Virus record (IMG/VR): IMGVR_UViG_3300033388_007160
Location: 22,020 to 86,019 of that record
Strand: one strand, 5' to 3'
Length of the DNA: 64,000 nt
Source: a virus
Shown here: one piece after another, positions 31,914 to 40,022 of the stretch
Numbering within the stretch: position 1 is the stretch's first letter
Layout of the letters: each line of letters begins with the position of its first letter
Program-made: the position numbers and the translations under genes
The notes under the pieces: model-generated
What the model was told of the DNA's origin: nothing
The model's database searches: none
What the model saw: the letters and a program-made list of their open reading frames with translations, nothing else

Positions 31914-32418
31914 GGAACGCGCGCTGGTATTGATGGAGCATTGCGATGATGCGGGCGGAACGCAGGCGCTGCTCACGGGGGTTGACTACTTTTTGCGAGG
32001 GCGATGGAGCGAGCAGGAGCTGCAGCGGGCTTTGCAGCAGGCGGATATATTCGTGTATGCGGATGATGTGGACGAACCCGACCAATCGGCTGCGGCGGCG
32101 GATGTGTTGGGGTTCGGGCGCCCCGTGGTAGTATCGGGCTGCAGGAAACATGCGGATGTGTTGCCGTGGTGCGTGCAAGCGAAGGGGGCGCAGGAGATAG
32201 CTGAGCGAGTATTGTGGCTGCTGAGCAATGCTGCTGCATACCAGCGGGCGGGGCTACGGGCGCTGCAGGGAGCGAGCTTTCGGCGGCAACGGGTGCTCGC
32301 GCGGCAGTATCGGGCGGCGGTTGTCCATGTTTTGGCGAGGCGATACTTGCGGGATTATCGTGGCGCAGGGGGGAATACTGGCCCTAAGCGAGCGGTCGAA
32401 CATGAACGCGATGGATGA
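31903..32418 (+). CDS. GT-B (GT4-like) C-terminal domain protein
   Basis: LQQADIFVY...SAAAADVLGFGRPVVVS. Confidence 0.6.
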   Translation: MADKERALVLMEHCDDAGGTQALLTGVDYFLRGRWSEQELQRALQQADIFVYADDVDEPDQSAAAADVLGFGRPVVVSGCRKHADVLPWCVQAKGAQEIAERVLWLLSNAAAYQRAGLRALQGASFRRQRVLARQYRAAVVHVLARRYLRDYRGAGGNTGPKRAVEHERDG

Positions 32419-32573
32419 AGCCAGCTACGAAAGTGGAGAGAATGTGGCCGAAGGCTTGCACTGGTACGTGCATGGTTATGGGCAGAGGCGATGTTGTTGC
32501 CGATAGCGCCGCGAGGCCACAACATGGTTTGGGAGACGAACAGAGATTGAATAAAATAGGAGGGGAAACGAAA

Positions 32574-33320
32574 ATGCAGCAGCCATTTGTACCGGAGATA
32601 GGGCAATTGCTCTTCGCGGGCAATAGAATCGGTCCATGCGAAGTCCCAGATTTTGTCAAGTCGGGGCTATACCAGATCTCGTCGGCTTTAATAGCTCGCT
32701 TCAGTGAGAATCCTCAAGATGAAATGCCAGCTTATGGTTGGCCGTTTATGAACAACACCTTCATGATGCGCAATTATTGCTGGTGCGAGCGGGGCGACTG
32801 CCCTTGGTGTTCAGGTGGCAAGTGCACATGTCCACCATCGGCATTCATTGTCGAAAAAAACGGAGTCCGCAAAACGGCTGAAGAGGTTGAGAAAGAAATC
32901 CTAGCTCAAATCGGCGAGGAACCCCCTCTGTTCTTGGAGAAGAATCCTGAGACGCCAGAACCGGGTATGCGTGTTTTCGAAGTTGCGCCGAATCCTGAGT
33001 ATGATAGGTGGCGGCGGGAATACGAACGTCTTATAGAAGGTTGGCAAGTAGTTGAGCATCACCCTGTTTGTCCGTCTTGCAGGCCGCCGCGCTGGTGGGC
33101 TGATGTTGGGGCGGTTGGCTGCGCTGCCCCAAACTTCTGGTATAAACCTACAGATCTGAAGATATGGTGGTATAAATACATCGGACGAAGCATGAGCAGC
33201 AATCGTGGGATAACAAGCGACGAATGGCAACAAGTCGTGTTGCATGTTTTGCGTTCGCTGGAAGACGACCCTGTTGACCAATTGGAGCCGCTATTGCGCA
33301 AGCTGTACGAAGCCGATTGA
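32574..33320 (+). CDS. Cys-rich hypothetical protein
   Basis: AGGAGG RBS; several CxxC motifs; PNFWYKP...WYKYIGRSM. Confidence 0.6.
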   Translation: MQQPFVPEIGQLLFAGNRIGPCEVPDFVKSGLYQISSALIARFSENPQDEMPAYGWPFMNNTFMMRNYCWCERGDCPWCSGGKCTCPPSAFIVEKNGVRKTAEEVEKEILAQIGEEPPLFLEKNPETPEPGMRVFEVAPNPEYDRWRREYERLIEGWQVVEHHPVCPSCRPPRWWADVGAVGCAAPNFWYKPTDLKIWWYKYIGRSMSSNRGITSDEWQQVVLHVLRSLEDDPVDQLEPLLRKLYEAD

Positions 33321-33327
33321 TAATATC

Positions 33328-33798
33328 ATGCAATCAGTGGGGGTAGGGTTTTTATGCTTTCGTCCACTTCGCTGGCGAGCACCGTCAAAAAACTTGCTCA
33401 TAAAGCTATTCGATGAGTGGACTTTAGTCTGGGCAACAGAAGACAATCAAGTAGAGGTGCATTTGCCCTTTATTGACGTGCACCGCGATGAGTTGACATT
33501 GTATGTTCGGCAAGCGGCCAATGGCGAATACATAGTCACCGACGGCGGCTTGATTGTTAGCAACTTGGAATTCGACGGCCTGCAAGTGGCCGAGGGCACC
33601 AGACTTCATCGTGTCGTCATATCTCTGCTTGAAGGCACGTCCTTGAACCTTAAAGGTGGCGAGATATATGGCTCTGGGCCGCTGCACAAGCTGCCGAGCA
33701 TAATCTGGGAACTTGTTCGTGTCTTCATGTATGTCCAAGGTGCACGGGCTATGTATGAAATCGTGCGGAGAAAAGGAGGAGACAAGCATGGCAACTGA
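33328..33798 (+). CDS. DUF1828-like protein
   Basis: LPFIDVHRDELTLYV...IVTDGG; start uncertain. Confidence 0.6.
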   Translation: MQSVGVGFLCFRPLRWRAPSKNLLIKLFDEWTLVWATEDNQVEVHLPFIDVHRDELTLYVRQAANGEYIVTDGGLIVSNLEFDGLQVAEGTRLHRVVISLLEGTSLNLKGGEIYGSGPLHKLPSIIWELVRVFMYVQGARAMYEIVRRKGGDKHGN

Positions 33799-34231
33799 AG
33801 ATATGAAGGCCTTCTACAGAAACAATCCATTCTGCTGGACAACCTTCGAGGATGTGGAGGACGAATACTGGCGTTTGTTTGAGTCTCACGACCGCGATGA
33901 AGACAGGCTTGTCCGTGTGGCCGAGATTTTGCGGAAGGCGCTAATCACGGCTGCTAAGCGTCTGTGGGGGCCGACGTTTTCTGGCTATGTGATACTCATT
34001 CGAGGCCGCAGGGCAATATATATCCTGCAATACAACGCTGGGTCTCCTACGGGCTGGGAAGTACTCGGCCATGTCCGAAGGCCTTTTGATTTCCCGGATA
34101 ATCTGAAATACTGGTGGCAGACGGATTGGCAATACGGTTGGTGGGACGAGAAGAACCCGTGGGCCGGGCCAGATTATGGGCCTGTGGGTGTTGATATTGT
34201 TGAGGTACAAAAGCGCTTGCGTGATGCCTGA
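33788..34231 (+). CDS. Hypothetical protein
   Basis: AAGGAGG RBS. Confidence 0.6.
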   Translation: MATEDMKAFYRNNPFCWTTFEDVEDEYWRLFESHDRDEDRLVRVAEILRKALITAAKRLWGPTFSGYVILIRGRRAIYILQYNAGSPTGWEVLGHVRRPFDFPDNLKYWWQTDWQYGWWDEKNPWAGPDYGPVGVDIVEVQKRLRDA

Positions 34232-34367
34232 GGCTGTCTAGAAGTGGTGGTATCACAAGGGCAATGTCAGTGAGGACAGGGACAATACACAGTTGCCGAT
34301 TTGAGGGGACTTAACTGGCAGTCTGTCTATTGACAGGCAATGCCAAACGTGATAATATATTACCGCC

Positions 34368-34955
34368 ATGAAGCTAAGTGATTGGGCCAAGCAGCAAGGC
34401 ATCAGTTATCGCACGGCATGGAGATGGTTTAGGCAAGGACGCTTGCCGTGTAGGGCTGAGCAGATGCCTTCGGGGACCATATTGGTCTATCCCGATGAGG
34501 AAACACAAACAGATGAAGCTGTAGTGATTTATGCTCGTGTTTCGTCCAGCAACCAGCGTGGAGACTTGCAGCGGCAGGTTGAACGGCTTGTGACTTACGC
34601 CAATGCTCGCGGCTGGAGAATTGCGGATATTGTCACAGAGATAGGTTCGGGCCTCAACGGTCGCCGGAAGAAGCTGTTGAAGCTGTTGGCCGACCCCAAT
34701 GTTCGCCATATCCTCGTAGAACACCGAGACCGCTTGGCCCGTTTCGGTGTTGAGTTTATAGAGGCAGCGTTGTCTGCCAGTGGCCGCAAGCTTACGGTGG
34801 TAGATGAAACAGAATTCAAAGACGACTTATGGCAGGACTTTGTGGATTTGGTTACCAGCATGGCGGTCCGCATATATGGCCGTCGAGGCGCACGAAACCG
34901 TGCGCAACGTGCTTTAGAGGCCCTGAGGCACGGCGATGACAATCTTAAGGAGTAG
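34368..34955 (+). CDS. tnpA: IS607 serine-recombinase transposase
   Basis: MKLSDWAKQQGISYRTAWRW HTH; YARVSS; EIGSGLN; EHRDRLARFG. Confidence 0.95.
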   Translation: MKLSDWAKQQGISYRTAWRWFRQGRLPCRAEQMPSGTILVYPDEETQTDEAVVIYARVSSSNQRGDLQRQVERLVTYANARGWRIADIVTEIGSGLNGRRKKLLKLLADPNVRHILVEHRDRLARFGVEFIEAALSASGRKLTVVDETEFKDDLWQDFVDLVTSMAVRIYGRRGARNRAQRALEALRHGDDNLKE

Positions 34956-36030
34956 CAAGCTTAGCTTCAAAGAAGCAACGGAAGCCAAGCTGGCTATCCT
35001 GCAGAAGATAGCTGAAGATTACCGTCGTGCCGTTAACTGGTTCATAGACTGGTATTGGCAACACGGCCTCCGCCGCTTTCCTGAAACCGAAGTAGTCAAT
35101 GCCTGTCCTGTGGATTGGTTCACTCATCGCATGAAGAAGGTGGCTGCACAGCAGGCCCTTGGTATAGTCCGCGTTGCCTGCAAGCGAGGCCGGAAAACAA
35201 AGCCTGAATATAAGCAGCTTAAGATACAAGCTCAATGCACCATTGCGCGGTTGCGGCAACCCAAAGAGGCCGAGAGCTTTGATTACTGGCTTGAGCTGCG
35301 GTGCATAGGCAACAAATTACGCTTGGACTTGCCCCTGAAAGCCAACAAACATTTCAACCGCTTCGTAGCTGAAGGCTGGAAACAGCATAGTGGACTGCTT
35401 ATTGATGTAAAGCGACGCACTGTGACGGTAGTATTCGAGAAGGATGAGAAACCTGCAGATGATACGTCACACCCCGTTGCTGTAGACATCGGGGCAAGTT
35501 CATGTCTATTTGCCTGTGCCGACTTTGCCCACGCTGGCTGTCTTGGTCTGCAGATTGGCGACCTTCTACAAAAGGTTGCGCGGAAACAACATGGCTCCAA
35601 GCGCCAGAAGAAAGCTCGACGCCGGTTGAGGCATTACATTGATGAACAAGTCAAGAACCTGCTCAAAGCTTTTCAACCTAGCTGCGTCGTGGCCGAAAGA
35701 TTGCATAACGTGCTGCAGCGAACCAAACAAGACCGTAAGCTAAATAAAGCAGTTCGCTGCCTCCTCGGTGGTTGGTGCTACCGTTACGCGCTGGAGCGGT
35801 TGCGCATGACATGCGAAGTCAACCGTGTTGGCTTCCATGTCGTGCCGCCGCAGTATACCAGCCAGCGGTGCCCAGCCTGCGGCCACATCGAGGAGTCGAA
35901 CCGCCGAGGCAGGATGTTTCGCTGTCGGCAATGTGGGTATATTGACCATGCCGACTTAGTGGCCGCCAGAAACATCCTGTGGCGGTTCACTGAGGAGATT
36001 ACCGTCCCTCAGGCGGCGGAAGCCGGTTGA
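34936..36030 (+). CDS. tnpB: TnpB RNA-guided endonuclease
   Basis: RuvC D (AVDIG), E (VAERL) and D (HADLVAARNI); CPAC/CRQC zinc finger. Confidence 0.9.
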   Translation: MTILRSSKLSFKEATEAKLAILQKIAEDYRRAVNWFIDWYWQHGLRRFPETEVVNACPVDWFTHRMKKVAAQQALGIVRVACKRGRKTKPEYKQLKIQAQCTIARLRQPKEAESFDYWLELRCIGNKLRLDLPLKANKHFNRFVAEGWKQHSGLLIDVKRRTVTVVFEKDEKPADDTSHPVAVDIGASSCLFACADFAHAGCLGLQIGDLLQKVARKQHGSKRQKKARRRLRHYIDEQVKNLLKAFQPSCVVAERLHNVLQRTKQDRKLNKAVRCLLGGWCYRYALERLRMTCEVNRVGFHVVPPQYTSQRCPACGHIEESNRRGRMFRCRQCGYIDHADLVAARNILWRFTEEITVPQAAEAG

Positions 36031-36094
36031 CAATGTTTGACCACGTAACCGGCAACGGTCAGATGAGCTTGCCATACGAAAGGAGGCTAATGAA

Positions 36095-36457
36095 ATGCAA
36101 GACTATGTATTTGTGGAATGGCATGGTAGGTTGAGGGCGTTGCTCAGAGTCTTGGCTTCAGTAGAACAAGACTTGAAGGATGTGGTGCGTCAAGCGGTAA
36201 GCTATGGCGTCGCCCCAGCCCATCAAATCCGCCGTATTGACCGTGCATTCTGGGAGATTACTGATGCTGTGTTTGAGGTCCTGGAAAACATCGCAGACCG
36301 GATTGATGGCCTCGATTTGGAGACGACCATGCAGGCCCTTGAGGCCGAGATTAAAGCCAAAGGCGTAAGCCCGAAACAAATACAGCAGGCCGCGGAAGAA
36401 GTTCGGCGCGAGGCTTACGAAGAGAAGTACGGGGAGGGGGAGGCCGGACGTGAATGA
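36095..36457 (+). CDS. Hypothetical protein
   Basis: AAAGGAGG RBS. Confidence 0.65.
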   Translation: MQDYVFVEWHGRLRALLRVLASVEQDLKDVVRQAVSYGVAPAHQIRRIDRAFWEITDAVFEVLENIADRIDGLDLETTMQALEAEIKAKGVSPKQIQQAAEEVRREAYEEKYGEGEAGRE

Positions 36458-37109
36458 AGTCTGGTTTGTTGACCGTGACGGCACGATAATGAAGGATGTC
36501 GGGTATTGCAATGACCCTCTCAAGGTTGAGTTAATCTCATATAGAGCGGAAGGCATAATAGAAGCTTTAGAGAAGGGTATCAAAATTGCCATAGTGAGTA
36601 ACCAGAGTGGCGTGGCCCGTCGAAAGATAACACCTAAACAACTGGCATCAGTTACTCACGAGGTTGCAATGCAAATTGCGAAGTCTTGCTCCTTGTTATT
36701 GCTTCCGGATTACACTCCGCCGTTGTGGGCGACGTGGACGTGCGAACAAGCTGCTCGATGGCCCTACCCGCTCTTGCTGCCGGTCAAATTGACGCTTTCT
36801 CAAACACGCAAGGCTGAATTATTATTTGTCTACTGCCCCCATCATCCCGACCAAATGTGCGCCTGCCGCAAGCCCCAGATAGGCATGGCTATAATGGCCC
36901 TATGCTATTGGCACGGCGAAAACTGGCATGAAACGATGCAGGAACTCTCAATGGGCCGTGTGCCGGAGTGGTTGAGGGACATGAGGGCCCAAGTTTTCGG
37001 GGACAAGGAGAGCGATAGAGAGTTTGCTGAGGCCCTGCCATTTGAGACTGGATTCTGGCCGCCCGAACGATTTTACGAAGTTGCTTGTTTCGCTAGCTGT
37101 GCTGATTAG
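36450..37109 (+). CDS. gmhB: GmhB/HisB-like HAD phosphatase (heptose-1,7-bisphosphate phosphatase-like)
   Basis: DRDGTI, SNQSGVAR, CPHHP...CACRKP and GDKESD motifs. Confidence 0.8.
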   Translation: MNEVWFVDRDGTIMKDVGYCNDPLKVELISYRAEGIIEALEKGIKIAIVSNQSGVARRKITPKQLASVTHEVAMQIAKSCSLLLLPDYTPPLWATWTCEQAARWPYPLLLPVKLTLSQTRKAELLFVYCPHHPDQMCACRKPQIGMAIMALCYWHGENWHETMQELSMGRVPEWLRDMRAQVFGDKESDREFAEALPFETGFWPPERFYEVACFASCAD

Positions 37110-37163
37110 TTGAATTAATAAGTGCGATGATTGTTAGAAATTTGGCTAGAAACTTGTCATCAA

Positions 37164-37179
37164 CGTTTCACGTGAAACA
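37164..37179. promoter_or_regulatory. parS-like palindrome
   Basis: CGTTTCACGTGAAACA, 15/16 match to the chromosomal parS consensus TGTTTCACGTGAAACA. Confidence 0.6.
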
Positions 37180-37317
37180 AATTTGGGATGCCGTATCTTA
37201 GATACATAGCGACTCGTGTGGGATTCGTTCTTCGTGGGCGTAAGTATGGAAGATAGACGAAGAAGCATTTGCTGTGACATTAGAGAGAGTATCGAAGGAG
37301 GTTAACCGTTTATTTCC

Positions 37318-38622
37318 ATGAAACGTCGCACAATCGGGAATCATACATTCATATGCGCTGATGCCTGCGAGGCCCTTCGCACGTTGTCCGCTAACAGCGT
37401 CCATTGCATAGTAACATCGCCCCCATACCTGTGGGCAAGGCGCTATTCGGGCCAGCAGGCTCAAATTTGGGGCGGTGACCCTAAGTGTAAGCACGAGTGG
37501 GAGGACGGCAGTTGGCGTCGTAGAAGCAGTGACTCTGGTGACCTCATCGGAAACAAGCAACGAATCCTGGTTCCTTGGGCCGGCGATGTACCGATCCAGT
37601 ATCGCGTGTGCCGCAAGTGCGGTGCCTGGCATGGCGAACTAGGGCTTGAACCGGACCCCAAGCTTTATGTGGAGCATATCGTTGAGGTAATGCGAGAATG
37701 TAAGCGTGTGCTGCGGGATAACGGGATTTTGTGGTTGAATTTGGGTGATACATATGCAAATGCCGGAGGTAAAGGCTTGAAACGCACAGACCTGATAGGC
37801 ATGCCTTGGCGGGTTGCATTTGCGTTACAGGAAGACGGATGGTACTTACGGCAGTGTGTCATCTGGGCGAAAGGACATTCGTGTCAGCGGCAGCTCGAAG
37901 ACATCGTGGCCGAAGCGGCCAAGGCTGCAGGCATAGAGGAAGAGAAAATTCTGGTTCTGCTTGAGAATCTTCAACCTTATGTGGGCAATGCCATGCCTGA
38001 AAGTGTCAAGTCACGGCCTACTACAACGCACGAGTACATTTTTATGCTTACGAAGAGGCCTAGTGGTGATTACTATTATGACTACTGGGCCAGCAAGGAG
38101 AAAGGCCGCCGGAGTTTGCGAAGCGTGTGGGCTATACCACCGAGGCCGTTCAGCGGCACCCATTTCGCAGTCATGCCCATCGAGCTGGCCGAATTGTGCA
38201 TTAGGCTCAGCACCAGCGAACATGGTTGCTGTGCGAAATGTGGTACACCTTACCAGCGCATCGTCGAGGCCATCGGGCCAGATGAAGAATGGAAACGGGC
38301 TTGTGGAGCGGACAAGTGTGGTGAATATAAAGGCAAGGCCCAAAAAGACTATGCTGCTGCCGGAGCTGAAGACGCCAGTGAAGTGAAGGCAAGGATTTTG
38401 CGAGGTATGCAAAAACGAGTTACTGTCGGTTGGGAGAAAACCTGCAATTGCGATACGGATGAAGTTATGCCTTGTGTTGTCCTCGACCCATTCGGCGGAA
38501 GCGGGACAACATCTGTAGCTGCCATGCGGCTTGGGCGAGCCAGCATTTACATTGATGTAAGCGAAGAATACTGGCAAATGGCTATAGAGCGGCTGCAATG
38601 GGAGCAGCCGAGGTTGCTATGA
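37318..38622 (+). CDS. N4-cytosine/N6 DNA methyltransferase, beta class
   Basis: TSPPY, LNLGD, HFAVMP and LDPFGGSGT motifs. Confidence 0.92.
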   Translation: MKRRTIGNHTFICADACEALRTLSANSVHCIVTSPPYLWARRYSGQQAQIWGGDPKCKHEWEDGSWRRRSSDSGDLIGNKQRILVPWAGDVPIQYRVCRKCGAWHGELGLEPDPKLYVEHIVEVMRECKRVLRDNGILWLNLGDTYANAGGKGLKRTDLIGMPWRVAFALQEDGWYLRQCVIWAKGHSCQRQLEDIVAEAAKAAGIEEEKILVLLENLQPYVGNAMPESVKSRPTTTHEYIFMLTKRPSGDYYYDYWASKEKGRRSLRSVWAIPPRPFSGTHFAVMPIELAELCIRLSTSEHGCCAKCGTPYQRIVEAIGPDEEWKRACGADKCGEYKGKAQKDYAAAGAEDASEVKARILRGMQKRVTVGWEKTCNCDTDEVMPCVVLDPFGGSGTTSVAAMRLGRASIYIDVSEEYWQMAIERLQWEQPRLL

Positions 38623-38915
38623 AATGCGCCGTTTTAGGTTGTGAAGAAGAAGCCGGAATCTGGCTTGTTACATCTAACGAGCAGGTAACCCGGCTGTGCC
38701 GGAAGCATTTCGAGGAATACTGGCAGGCCGGAGGGGAGTTGCATGGTGTAGAATACAAAGTCCGGCAGGGTGGCCGGAGCGAATCTATGGGCTGGTCACA
38801 TCGCACAGGCACCATCCAAAGCAAATTTGTCAACGAACAACGCCGGTGGTTGCAATGGCTCGAAGAAAACCAGCCTACGAGGTCATCAAAGAATTCGGGG
38901 AAGCCTGGCTTGTGA
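38619..38915 (+). CDS. Hypothetical protein
   Basis: ATGA overlap; CAVLGC...CRKH. Confidence 0.5.
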   Translation: MKCAVLGCEEEAGIWLVTSNEQVTRLCRKHFEEYWQAGGELHGVEYKVRQGGRSESMGWSHRTGTIQSKFVNEQRRWLQWLEENQPTRSSKNSGKPGL

Positions 38916-39088
38916 GAAGATTGGGGGCTGATGGACGGCCCTCAAAGCAGCGGCCATTCTGGGCATGTGGCCGCTGCTTTGATTTGTATCAGGGAGGAGG
39001 CATTATCCTCGATGCCGGATATTGCTCAAACTGCGGCTTCCGACCGGCTCCGGACACTGAAGCAGAGGATACTGAACTGGGCGAATGA
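38855..39088 (+). CDS. Small zinc-ribbon protein
   Basis: CGRC...CSNC. Confidence 0.45.
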   Translation: MARRKPAYEVIKEFGEAWLVRRLGADGRPSKQRPFWACGRCFDLYQGGGIILDAGYCSNCGFRPAPDTEAEDTELGE

Positions 39089-39569
39089 AATTGTTGACCC
39101 CCAGCTTAAAGATTTCGTATTCCATTGTCTGCGCCATGCCCCTCCGGCCTTCTGGGAAATGCCCGCTTCCGCTACCGGCAGGCACCATCCGTCCGACGAA
39201 AGAGGCCCCGGTGGCCTGCTGATACACATCCTTCGCCTTCTCAGTGTGACAGATGACGCCATGCAATGGCTGAAGGCTGCCGGATATTCCGAACGCAAAT
39301 GGCGGGATTGGTGGATAGCAACCTCGATTCTTCACGACTTGCTCAGGGCCACGGAAAGATACAAGAAGCGCCACGGCCCGGAAATGGCAAAACGCATAGA
39401 AGCACGCCTCGACAGCCGTTACAGGCAACTTGCCGATGCCATCCGTAGGCATGAAGGTCCCTGGTCTGATGGCGGCCCCTCTACACGCAACTGGTTTGGC
39501 CTTCTCTTCCATATGGCAGACTTCTGGTTAACGCGAGAAAAGGTAAAGACCGACATCGAGGAAAAATAA
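39012..39569 (+). CDS. HD-domain phosphohydrolase
   Basis: PAS..GRHH, GGLLIH, LHD, HEGPW and HMAD motifs. Confidence 0.85.
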   Translation: MPDIAQTAASDRLRTLKQRILNWANEIVDPQLKDFVFHCLRHAPPAFWEMPASATGRHHPSDERGPGGLLIHILRLLSVTDDAMQWLKAAGYSERKWRDWWIATSILHDLLRATERYKKRHGPEMAKRIEARLDSRYRQLADAIRRHEGPWSDGGPSTRNWFGLLFHMADFWLTREKVKTDIEEK

Positions 39570-39594
39570 AAGCCCCACCCTTCGGGTGGGGCTT
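39562..39594 (-). terminator. Intrinsic terminator, minus strand
   Basis: 10-bp stem AGCCCCACCC/GGGTGGGGCT followed by a U-rich tract on the minus strand. Confidence 0.8.
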
Positions 39595-39987
39595 GAGCTT
39601 GAGAGGATGCCGCCTCGGTGCCTGTCCTCCGCGTTAGCCAGGCCTCGCTCGGGCTTTGACCGACGCCATCCTCCAGACGAGGTTGGGATGGGCTGCGATA
39701 ACGCAGCCCCGGTGGACTCGCTAACGCGAGTGACCACCGAAATATTCCAGCGGGCAGGCCTATGACGCGAGACGGGAAGGGGGCAGGCATAAAGCCTGTG
39801 CGAGGGGACACACGCGGGCGGCGGTGCCTGCTGCCACTAGTATATTGACTGGCTAGCGATCGGGCGCTTGGCCACGCGTCTCACGGATTGGCCGAGCATC
39901 GCCCAAGAAGCTATTGAAGCTGGGCTTTAACTCCCTTTGCATTTGTCGCCAAAGGCCTGCCCGCCTTTACTCGCTGTCAGAGTTCGC
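39595..39987. ncRNA. ~400-nt highly structured non-coding element of unknown class
   Basis: No credible ORF; many hairpins; 12-bp long-range helix 39750-61/39953-64; bounded by a minus-strand promoter and terminator. Confidence 0.65.
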
Positions 39988-39993
39988 ACGAAC

Positions 39994-40022
39994 AGTATAC
40001 CCACAATGCTACTCATTCAAAC
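39994..40022 (-). promoter_or_regulatory. Repeated phage promoter motif
   Basis: GTTTGA-N14-GGGTATACT. Confidence 0.65.

Larger units (their letters stand above)
34234..36058 (+). mobile_element. IS607-family insertion sequence
   Basis: tnpA plus tnpB; right end ...GGCAACGG; left end placed after GG at 34232-33 by inference, which restores a short intergenic empty site. Confidence 0.8.

Noticed and set aside
36059-36078. TnpB guide self-targeting at ~62031 (GATGAGCTTGCCAT) or ~15721
   Set aside because: The matches miss the first guide bases and are only 12-14 nt, so they are likely chance.
39770-39840. Cobalamin riboswitch (GGGAAGG, GCCACT)
   Set aside because: The motifs are in the wrong order and other core elements are absent.
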